A stretch of 64,000 nucleotides of DNA, taken from the NCBI RefSeq assembly GCF_000143415.4, contig NW_003314267.1, positions 3,848,446 to 3,912,445 of the forward strand. Reading direction: 5' to 3'. The DNA is from Selaginella moellendorffii. Its lineage: Eukaryota; Plantae; Lycopodiophyta. Below, in pieces: positions 24,021-33,936 of this stretch (positions within the stretch are counted from its first letter, which is position 1; each line of letters begins with the position of its first letter). Made by a program: the position numbers and the translations under genes. Below the pieces are notes generated by a model. The model did not search any database and had not been told where the DNA came from. It saw only the letters and a program-made list of their open reading frames with translations.

Positions 24021-26349
24021 TCAAGACGAGGCAAGAACAGCAATCGGGCTGCGAACACTATGAACTCCATCGCTCCAGATCAATGCCGAGTAGATCCAGG
24101 TTGCGTTGGTGTGCCCTGAAGAACTCGCCAAGGTGACCGCCACCTTGAAAGAAAGCTTGGCTCCAGAGCTACCGAAACGCAGCGTCTCGGGTTCCACCAC
24201 AACCGAGAGCCTGGCATCGCTGGGCTTGTCCACGCTCGCGCGGTAATCCGATGGCGACGATCCCACGCTCGTCAGCGTCCTGGCGACGGTCACTGCGTTG
24301 CTGTCTCCAGGATCAAGCCGCGCGATTCCAATGGAGGGATAGTTTAGATCGAAGGTGGAGTTTGTGGAGCACGCAGTGGACTTGTCCCCGGTGATGTTGC
24401 GAACTTGGGCCGAGGAGTAGCCCGTGCTACAAAGGTATGAGATGTAGTCCGTGGGTTCTATGTCGTAGACTAGCCCCGGATCGAGCGCTTTTGCTGGCTG
24501 GATTTGTCCGGAGCCATAGCTGAAGAGTGTCGCTGGCTCGCCGTAGGATGTTTTGATTGTTTGGTTTGTATTGTCAAGAGTTGTGGCTGCAAAGAACATG
24601 ATCTTTCTTGTTTCATATCCATTATTTGATTTGTAAGCTTTCGAGATTGGATAGTTTACCTGTTGTCATGAGCGCAGATTTTAGAGCAGCGGGGCTCCAA
24701 GATGGATGGACCGACTTTACGAATGCCAGAGCTCCCCCAGCGTGAGGCGTGGACATGGAAGTTCCGGAGAGAAGGGCATAGTCGCTGTAAATGGTACCGC
24801 CATTGAATCCTGGAACTGCGATACTACTTGGCCAAGCTGCCAAGATATCAACACCAGGAGCAGTCACGTCCGGCTGATAACAATATACAAACATGAAGAA
24901 CAAAAGAATAAGAAGACTTGCCTTGATTATATCCGGACTAATCGGGTTTGGCCCTCCCAGTGAAAAGTATCCCATCTCGGGTGCCTTGAAGTTATCACTC
25001 TCATTTCTCTTCGATCGATCAAACAAGTTAGACAAAACGTACAAGAAATCACCAACTTTCAAAGCTTGGAGTTACCTTGGCTTTGTCAATGCTCCTGTCA
25101 ATGGTGCTAGCAGCGATGGTGAAAATCCACGGCGCGGCATTGATCACCTGCATTGTCAAGATACCAAAGTTTCCAGCCCCGGCCGCCACCGCGACGCCCT
25201 TCTCCACCGCGTGGTAAGCTCCGATCGCCAACCCATCCAAGCTATACTTCACCGCGGGTCCTCCGATGGAGACGGATATCACGTCCACTCCATCGCCCAC
25301 CGCGGCGTCATACCCCGCGAGGATGTCCGATTCTTCGCAGCCAATCCCCCAGCAAACCTTGTAGATGGCGAGGCGTGCGAGAGGCACGCCACCCCGGGCG
25401 GTTCCTCGAGCCAGGCCTTGCATGCTTGCGTTGCTCACGAGCCTTCCGGTGGCTGTGGAGGCCGTGTGTGTGCCGTGGCCATTGTCGTCCCGGGCATTTC
25501 CATACTCTGGCGATTTCACTTTAGAGTTGAAAAACTTTGCTCCAATAAGTTTCCTGTTACAAGGTCCACAGCGGTTTTTTCTTTGTCCAAACTTTGATAT
25601 TTGTTTTTCTTACCTGTTGCAATGGATGATAAAGGAAGAGTTTATTCCGGGTGGATTCACGCACTCTCCTCTCCAGCGACTTGGAACTGGCGTCATGTCA
25701 TCGTCTCTAAAGCTTTGAGATTCCGGCCAGATTCCTACAAGGTAAGTCAATATGGTGAGTTTTTTGGTATTTTCACTTCCTTTCTTACCTGTGTCAAGGA
25801 GTCCCACAATCACGTCGTAGGAACCCGCAGCTTCATGGTTTTCTTCGTCCGCTACAACCATGGAGTCTGTCAACCCGAGAAAGTCCCATGATCGCGTGGT
25901 CTGGATTTGATAAGTTTTGCTGGGATAGATGCTAAGAACTTCTTGTGATCCTGCTCACGAATATCAAAACTCTCGATCCTTTCCGCAAGTTCTAGAGACT
26001 TAACTGGACAGTAACTCCGCTTGTTCTTCGTCTAATCTTGCAGAGAAGCCGCTAAACGAGTACCTATAGCTGTGAATCATTGACTCTTTGGCAGAATCCA
26101 AGCTGCAATATAAGGTAAGAACTTCCAGATTCACCGTGATTAATTACCTCCCAGTGGCTCTGGAGAGAATCTCATGGTGGCTCTCGCTTAAGCTCTGAGC
26201 ATCAATCCCTTGGGTTCCTCCCAAATACACAATATAAATCTGCCAGTTTAGACACAAATAAATTAATCACTAGTAAATAATGTTCTCACTTCTTGATTTA
26301 CAGCAATCCCCACGCTCAAGAAAAACCATACTAGAACATAGAAAATCAT
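24021..26349 (-). CDS. Subtilisin-like serine protease (S8A) lacking the PA domain
   Basis: Signal peptide, I9 prodomain exons, catalytic D (GLLDTG), H (HGTHTAST), oxyanion N (AGN), S (SGTSMS), C-terminal [12 protein letters not shown]. Confidence 0.88.
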
Positions 26350-26528
26350 GGCTTTGATCATTATGATCAATAAATCAGCCGATCATTTGGATATAAAGCC
26401 AATGCTTTTTCTCGTTAAATCCGGTGGACGCCGCTCTCTTTTGTTGGCGAGTGAAAAACCCGCATTTGACACGCATTTTCCAAAGTTAAAAGTTTCCGCA
26501 CTTTCGCCACAGCCCACCACCCAATTTG

Positions 26529-26559
26529 CATGCATGGACGCAAGCAATCTCGTATAAAA
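26529..26559 (+). promoter_or_regulatory. RY/Sph element CATGCATG plus TATA box of oleosin 1
   Basis: CATGCATG at 26529-26536 and TATAAAA at 26553-26559, about 110 nt before the ATG. Confidence 0.6.
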
Positions 26560-26667
26560 CCATACCACACTCATCCCTCCAAACATCAAATCTAGAGGTT
26601 CCAAGTCCTCTCGCTCTCGCGAGTCTTTTTTCTTCTCTTTTTCTCTTCTCCTTTCCTTGTATAGGCG

Positions 26668-27141
26668 ATGGCAGCTCGCGATCAAGCCTCCCGCGCTCTC
26701 CAGCAGCAAGATCCCCGCGGAGTGATCCAAGGCCTCCACCACAAATCTCCGTCTTCCAACCGGATGCTGGGCTTCGTGACGCTCATCACGGGAGCGATCG
26801 TGACGCTCGTCCTGGGCGGTGTGACCATCGGAGGCGTGGGGATCACGCTCTTGCTCGCCACCCCTGTCTTCCTCCTCTTGAGCCCCGTGCTCGTCCCTCT
26901 CGGCATCATGGTGGCTCTCGGGATTGGAGGCTTCTTGCTGGCCAGCACCGTCTTCGTTGGCTTCTGCTCTTTCGTCTCCTGGATCTACAACTATGTCCGC
27001 GGCCAGAAGCCTGTTGGAGCTGACAAGATCGACGCTGCCAAGCACCGCATCGCTGATACTGCCTCGCATGTCACGGAGAAGGCCCGGGAAGTGACTGGCT
27101 ACTTGCAATCCAGGACGCAGGAGGTTGCTCCAGGAGCGTAG
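26668..27141 (+). CDS. Oleosin
   Basis: Long hydrophobic hairpin with proline knot PVFLLLSPVLVP; C-terminal PVGADKIDAAKHRI. Confidence 0.93.
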   Translation: MAARDQASRALQQQDPRGVIQGLHHKSPSSNRMLGFVTLITGAIVTLVLGGVTIGGVGITLLLATPVFLLLSPVLVPLGIMVALGIGGFLLASTVFVGFCSFVSWIYNYVRGQKPVGADKIDAAKHRIADTASHVTEKAREVTGYLQSRTQEVAPGA

Positions 27142-27804
27142 AAAGCTCTCCTTTTTTGATCTTCTGTGCCAGTAGAGGAGTTTCTTTTCTGGTTTTTGCT
27201 TGCATGGGACGGATCCTTCTTCTTCTAGAGTTGTAGCAGAAATAAATGCGGTAGCGCGATTTTCTTTTGTTCTTTTCTCCTGTTCGTTTGTACCTGGACA
27301 ATACACAACAAAAGAAACTCTTTATTTCGATCCCAAGGTCTCAAATGAGCAGAGGAGCTCTTACCATTTTATATAGACTCTTGACACGTTGAATTGTCTG
27401 CTGTGAAAACATGCCACTTTTGCTGGTTCGTTCCACTTGTCCCCACCATGAAATTTTCTAAGTCAAAGTCTTTGTGAAGTTCTAAAGCCATACGAACACT
27501 GGAAAAACGAAAACCAGTATCATATCTGTGATAACATCGGACGTTGGGGAATCGTTGACTTACTCTTCATAGCGTGTTGGAGGAAATCCGATTGAGTACA
27601 CAAAAAATACGCATGGCTAGTTGTCAATTCCCTGCCGAAGATGAAGATTAAAACAGTCTCACCCACAGTAGACGCTTCTGTAGATGCCGCGACGATGCGA
27701 TTTGTCGTTGAGCCAGCTCGCCTCTAGTATTTATCCACTCTGCTCGCCAGTAGATTTGTGGATCTGTGTAGGCATTCTGCAGTAGAAGAGTGTAGAGAAC
27801 TCCA

Positions 27805-29254
27805 ATGGAGAGCAGTACGGTCGTAGTGTTTCCATTACCTGTAATTGGGCACATAACTCCCATGCTTCACTTTGCTGCTCGTCTTGTCTCGCAGGGCCTC
27901 AAAGTCACGTTCGTCACCACCAGAAGAACACAATCGAGAGTTCTCCGAGCAATCAGCGAGACTATGCCCGACTCTGCAAGCACACTCAAGTTCGTTAGCA
28001 TTCCAGATGATCAGTTGGAAGAGCAAGGAGATACCAAGAAAACCGGCATAGAAGCAATCTGGGAGGCGATAGCTCTCATGCACAGTTTGCGAGGAACGTT
28101 TGAAAGGCTGCTGAAGGAAATACTCGATCAAGAGCAGCGAGTTGCTTGTCTAGTCTCTGATTTCCTCCTGGATTGGACGGGCGAAGTCGCGGCAAAATTC
28201 CATCTTCCGAGAGCTGCCTTTTGGACTTCGAATGCGGCATTCTTGCTGTTAATGATCCATGCGCCAGATTTAGTTTCCAGCGGATGCGTCCCTCTGCGAG
28301 GTAAGTGTAAGAGAGTACCTACAGAACGTACTAAGTAGAGTGAACTTACCAGAGGAAACAAAGGACGAGTTCATTCCATATCTCGAAGGAGTTCCACGGC
28401 TGCGAGCGAGGGAGCTCCCATTCGCACTCCATGCGGACAGTCCAGCAGATCCTGGTTTCAAACTAAGCCAGAGCTCCATTAGGAACAATCTCAAGGCTTC
28501 TTGGGTTGTCACGAATACCTTTGACGAGATAGAGGTGGAAGCCATCGCTGCTCTCCGCCAGTTCGTCGAGCATGAGTTAGTGGTGCTCGGTCCGGTGCTG
28601 CCAAGCTCCTCCTCCTCCCTGGAAACAGCCAAAGACACAGGAGTGATACTTAAGTGGCTGAACAACAAGAAGAAAGCTTCGGTGCTCTATATCTCGTTTG
28701 GAACGGTGGCGGGGATAGATTCCATGCGCTCGATCGAGGAGCTCGCGAGAGGCTTGGAGGTTAGCGGCATAGATTTTGTTTGGGTGTTTAGAACCAACTT
28801 GGTGGAAGACAAAGACGAGGATTTCATGGAAAAGTTCCAGGAGAGAACGAAAGCTCTGGAGAAAGGATTAGTTGTTCCATGGGCACCACAGCTCCAAGTG
28901 CTCCAGCACAACGCGGTGGGAGGATTTCTCACGCACTGCGGCTGGAATTCCGTCCTGGAGAGCATCTGGAGCGGAGTTCCAATGCTGGGATGGCCTTGCA
29001 TGGCCGAGCAGAATCTCAACCAGAAATTCATCACGGACATCTGGAAGATCGGCGTGCCATTCGACGCCGCCATGGACGCTACAGCGATTTCCAGCGCCGT
29101 GGTCAAGCTGATGCAGGGAAAAGAGGGCAAATGGGCGAGAAAAAGTGTCGCAAGAATGAGAATCGCCGGTCAACGCGCCCTGGCGCCCGGAGGAACATCC
29201 CACAAATCCCTGGAAGAGTTTGTGGAATCTCTCAAGCTGGATCGAGCAGCGTAG
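27805..29254 (+). CDS. UDP-glycosyltransferase (GT1), one intron from 28301 to about 28352
   Basis: GHITP catalytic His; PSPG box WAPQLQVLQHNAVGGFLTHCGWNSVLESIWSGVPMLGWPCMAEQ. Confidence 0.92.
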
Positions 29255-29432
29255 CTTCTTTCTCGGATCTAAGGGCTAAATTAAATGCCTGTGACGTACG
29301 TACCTCCGCGCAAGTCTCCTTTTTCTAGGGTTCTTGAGATTCCCGCCCAAATACATTTGACTTTTCCCGCGATTTAAGGCTTTTGAATTTAAAATTCGCG
29401 CGTAAACCTATTTAAAAATGAGAGCAAGAGGC

Positions 29433-31802
29433 TTACCAATAGTCACAGCACGAGCATTTACCATTCTCAAAGTGGTGGAATCGACTCGCGTCCCTCATCA
29501 CGATCTTCCTCTTGGTGATCTTGGCGATGATCTTGGTGGCGGCGTGGCAATCCGCGCAAACTCTCAAGTTCTTGAGCACGAACAGAGGACTTCCATCCGG
29601 TGTGCTCATCAATCCAAACATGATGGCCAGCTTCTCGCCGTGATGGAGCAGCATCCTCACTTTCTTCTCCTCCTCCACATCGTAGAGCGCTACTCTCGTG
29701 TCCGGCCGATATCCTTCTCGCTGGAGCTCCACAAAGAGCCGATCCAGTCCAGCGTAGATCTCTTCCTTCCTGGCATGGAGCTTGTCATTCGCGGCGAAAG
29801 TGTGGATCCGCCCCCTCACTTCGATCCAGCTGAGCCCCGGCTGCTTCTTCACGTTTCGATCCGCCATGACGCTCCTCAGCCTCTCGGCCAGATCGAAGTT
29901 CCTGATGCTCGCGTAGATGTTGGCCATGAGCACGTAAGGCGACGAATCCTCCGACATCACCAGCAACCTCTGCGTCGCTCGCTCGCCTCGACCAACGTCG
30001 CTGTTCACCCGGCACCCCCCGAGGAGCGATCTCCACGCTCCCTCCTCCGGCTCGAAAGGCATGTTGTTGATCAAAGCCTCGGCCTTGACAAGCTCTCCGG
30101 ATCGTCCCAGCAGATCCACGACGCAGAGGTAGTGGTACTGCGTCGGGTCAATGCCCCAGTCCTCCTGGATCGAGACCAGCAGCTCCACGCCGGTGTCGAG
30201 CAGTCCGGCATGGCTGCAAGCTTGGAGCACCGCCAGGAAAGTGATGGAGTCCGGCTCAAAGCCTTCCAAGCACGACTCCGTGAAACGGTCCACCGCCAAG
30301 TCCCCCAGCCCGTTGTGTCCATAGACCGTCATCAAAACGTTCCACGAGGAGATGTCCCGGCTCGGCATGCTCTCGAAGATCTCCTCCGCGGCTTCAAGGT
30401 TCCCGGACTTCCCATACATGTTGACGAGAGAGTTCGCCACCTTGAAGCTCGTGAGCAGCAACCCGGCCTCGGAGACTCTCTTGTGGAGCGATCTTCCTTC
30501 GGACTGGACCGCGAGGCAGGCGCAGGCGTCGAGAGCCGCAAGGTAAGTGACTTCGTTGCATTTGACGCCTTCCATCTCCAGCCGGTGGAAGACCTCGAGC
30601 GCCCCCCGGCCTTGATCGTTCTGGACGTAGGCTGTGATCATCGCGTTCCAGCAAACCAGATCGAGCTTCGGGACCTGCTCGAACACCTGCCTGGCGTCAT
30701 CGGTGCTTCCACAAGCTCCATACATGCTCAGCAGCGCTGTCGCGACCATCTCGTTCCTTTCCAATCCACTGGAGTGAACGCTGTCGTGGATCTTCTTCCC
30801 TTGCTCCAAGTCGAGGCCAGCGGCAAGAACAGCCACAAAAGTCCCCCTGTTGCGCTTGATCCTGGCCGGCTCCATGAGCTGGAAAACCTCCAGAGCTTCG
30901 TCAGTATGCCCGGCTTGGGCATACGCGGAGATCATCACGTTCCACGACACGACGTTCTTCACCGGCATTCGATCGAACAGGCTTCTCGCTTCGTCCATCT
31001 GTCCGTTCTGAGCATACGCCGCCACCATCGCGGTCCAAGTGACAACGTCGCGATCTTCCGCTCCCTGGAACACGAGCTCGGCTTCTTCCACGCTTCCACA
31101 CTCCCCAAACATGGTGATCACTGCGTTGGCGACTTTGGCAGACGCTACCAGCAATCCGGTGCTCACCAGGACCGAGTGAATGATCCTGCCTTGGCCGATC
31201 GAGCACAACTCGAGGATGTTGATGAAGCTGATCTCGTTTGGCCTGGTACCATCCAAGCTCATTGTCCAGAACAGGATGAACGCCATCCTGCGGTACCCGT
31301 TCTGGGCATACGCCGCGATCAAGACGTTCCATGACACTGCGTTTTTCTGCGGTACCTTTGCAAAAATCTGAAACGCCCCGTCGAGCTGACCGTTGTTTGC
31401 GTACGCTGCTATCACGGCATTCCAGGAGACCACGTCTCTGTCCGGCATCGCCTTGAAAACAGCCACGGCCCGATCCAAGCAGCCATTCTCGGCGAATGCA
31501 GCGATCATGATGTTCCAAGAGAAGAGATCTTTCTTGCGAATGCTGTCAAAGGCGAGGGCGGCGTCGTCGATGCTGCTACACTTCCCGTACATCTGGACGA
31601 GAAGATTGCCGAGAAAGGTCTCATTCTCGTAACCGTAGCGTCGGAGATGTTCGTGTACACGTTTCCCATCGACCAAGTTTCTCTCGTTCGCACAGCGTCG
31701 GAGAAGAGCCGCGTAAGCTTCGGTATTACTGCAGAACCTCTCCTGTCCGAGATCCTTGTCGTTGTCGGCTAGACCCACTTGAACTGTCAATATCAGAGCC
31801 AT
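29433..31802 (-). CDS. PLS-class PPR-E-DYW RNA editing factor, intronless
   Basis: PPR array, PG box KKQPGLSWIE, zinc motifs HGEKLA and CADCH, terminal CCDYW. Confidence 0.95.
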   Translation of the reverse strand: MALILTVQVGLADNDKDLGQERFCSNTEAYAALLRRCANERNLVDGKRVHEHLRRYGYENETFLGNLLVQMYGKCSSIDDAALAFDSIRKKDLFSWNIMIAAFAENGCLDRAVAVFKAMPDRDVVSWNAVIAAYANNGQLDGAFQIFAKVPQKNAVSWNVLIAAYAQNGYRRMAFILFWTMSLDGTRPNEISFINILELCSIGQGRIIHSVLVSTGLLVASAKVANAVITMFGECGSVEEAELVFQGAEDRDVVTWTAMVAAYAQNGQMDEARSLFDRMPVKNVVSWNVMISAYAQAGHTDEALEVFQLMEPARIKRNRGTFVAVLAAGLDLEQGKKIHDSVHSSGLERNEMVATALLSMYGACGSTDDARQVFEQVPKLDLVCWNAMITAYVQNDQGRGALEVFHRLEMEGVKCNEVTYLAALDACACLAVQSEGRSLHKRVSEAGLLLTSFKVANSLVNMYGKSGNLEAAEEIFESMPSRDISSWNVLMTVYGHNGLGDLAVDRFTESCLEGFEPDSITFLAVLQACSHAGLLDTGVELLVSIQEDWGIDPTQYHYLCVVDLLGRSGELVKAEALINNMPFEPEEGAWRSLLGGCRVNSDVGRGERATQRLLVMSEDSSPYVLMANIYASIRNFDLAERLRSVMADRNVKKQPGLSWIEVRGRIHTFAANDKLHARKEEIYAGLDRLFVELQREGYRPDTRVALYDVEEEKKVRMLLHHGEKLAIMFGLMSTPDGSPLFVLKNLRVCADCHAATKIIAKITKRKIVMRDASRFHHFENGKCSCCDYW

Positions 31803-31895
31803 CCCATCCGCAGATCTCCGAAGATCAAAGCCAGAAGTCGCTTGCCTACACAGATCAGTTAGAGATGTGCATCAAAACCATGTGACTTACCTCTC

Positions 31896-33819
31896 TTACG
31901 GAGTTGTAAAGAAGTCTTCAGCATCAGACTTGTCGGTGTCACTGCTGGCTTCTATTGCTAAGTTTTCGTAGGTGATTAGTTTTCCCTTGTTTGAGTTGTC
32001 AGTGTCACTGCCGGCTTCTTTTGCTAAGTTGTCGCAGGCGATAAGTTTTCCGGAGTTTGAATTGTCAGTGTCTATAACGATTGAACTCAGCTTGTCACTG
32101 ATCTGGCCTTCTAGTTTGTGAGTCTCTGACGGTAGCAATCCCAACAGTGATGCGCACTGGGCTTGGAACGATGCGTCTGTGGAGGACTTAATCAGTCCTG
32201 CAATGCATCTAGAGAGGTCTGGAACGCACGACATCATCTGCACAGACGATATGGCTAACAAACGAGAAACGAAGAAAGAAAAAAAAAAATGGAAGCTACC
32301 TTGATTGCTTGGGGGCTCGCCAAACGATGAGGCAGTTTTAGTTTCAAGTCATGAAGAGCTCCTTCAATAGCCCGTCTCACCTGTTTCGCTTCACATCTAG
32401 CGTTCAATCTCCGTCCAGGTTAAGAAAGCAGTCAAGGATGATATACCAAAATCAAGACGTCTTTCAACAGGATATTTTTCGTGACCTTGTGGAGAACAAG
32501 ATCAATCGACTCGTGTCTGGAACACTCCCAAGTGATAGTAGCCGTCTCTGTGTCGACAGACTGTACTGGGAGATTAAACTTCATCCAGTCAACCTTCGAC
32601 AAAAACTGCTGCATCACCGAAGGCATTGGAGTGTACGCAAAGTCTTCGAAGTACATAATCTGCAACACAAGCCCGAGTTTACAAGCGTTTCATTTTAGAT
32701 TTTACAAACCTTCGTTTTTGAAGACACCGTCGTCAGTGGTTCAGTAATAGCTACACATGCATGTAGACTAGAGCCAATGTTGTCCGAGCCACCCCTTCCA
32801 ATGTTGACATGTATACCAGCTACACGATCTGCTTCCGAAAGGCGACTATTGTGCAAATAGTGTGCAAAGCCTGTCGCAAGCTCATCAAGCTCCGATGGTT
32901 CTTTTGTCAGGACTTCTCGACTCTGGTAAGTGTCGCGCTCGCCTCGACAATTAACGTAGTGCCATTCCAGGAACACTTCGATAATTGGAAGGGAAAACTG
33001 AAAGAGAAACCTGGTAAGCTCAAGAAAAGTATATCATCGATAGTTTTACTGACCTTCTCCAGCAAATTCCTGAAGTATGACACCGTTTCCAGCGTCGGGC
33101 CTTCAATGTCCATTGACACTAGCGTTCTGAAATTTCCAATGCTAAAGGCGTCGAATCATTTTCTGTGAGGACTTACCTCTTTTCTCTCCATTGCGGTCGG
33201 AGTTCTAGAATCTGGAGGCCGCTAGCGTCGGTGAATCGCAATTGGTAGTTACGCATTTTCTTCTCGATGGGATCTGGCAAGAAAAAGAATCCAATGCTTG
33301 ACACTTGAATGACTGTATAGATCATACCCGGGGTGGAAACCTCGAGCACTCTATCTGGAACAAAGAAAAAATAATGAAAATAGTGACAATTAGAGCACCA
33401 ACGTTCTTACCCCAGAGAATTTCAGCATGATCCAAGATAGGAGGATTCGCAACAACGAGGTGGCAAAAATCATCCATCGCTTTGCCAGTAACGCTGAGAC
33501 CAGTATCCGAGACTGCAAGATCATCGCTCAATACAGCGAAAACAAGAAGAAGAAAAAAAGAGGAATTAAGAACCAGAGAAGCTGAATTTGGAGCGATTCA
33601 CGCCATCGCAAGCATCGATGCAAGAAAGAGTGACCGAAATCAAAGCTCCAGGATTGCTCGCACTCCGGCATCGAGAAATAGCGCTCGCGATCACCTACAT
33701 TTGCAAGAAAGACGCGATCGATCGATATGCGCGTTGGCCATCTCAATCCGATGATGATCCTGGGGCAGGCGCGATGAGCTTACCGCTTGCATCGGCGCTG
33801 GCGCCTCAAACACCGCCAT
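31896..33819 (-). CDS. MTOPVIB: Meiotic topoisomerase VIB-like protein (SPO11 partner), multi-exon
   Basis: Exons give MAVFEAPAPMQA, VIASAISRCR, VSDTG (GHKL-like), YFEDFAYTPMP...KVDW, and CVPDLSRCIAGLIKSSTDASFQAQCASLLG, matching plant MTOPVIB from memory. Confidence 0.8.
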
Positions 33820-33854
33820 CGCCAAAACGCTCTCTCTCTCTCTCCAAATTTCCT

Positions 33855-33862
33855 AAACCCTA
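33855..33862. promoter_or_regulatory. Telo-box in the 117-bp bidirectional MTOPVIB/PPR spacer
   Basis: AAACCCTA between divergent ATGs at 33819 and 33937. Confidence 0.5.
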
Positions 33863-33936
33863 GGGCGGGAAGAACACTCAAACAAAATGGCTATGGAAGA
33901 TAACGCTGCGATCATCGCCATTGAAGAGCAGCGCGA

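Noticed and set aside
29418-31334. 638-aa plus-strand ORF antisense to the PPR-DYW
   Set aside because: Shadow ORF expected from GC-rich codon usage; no recognisable motifs
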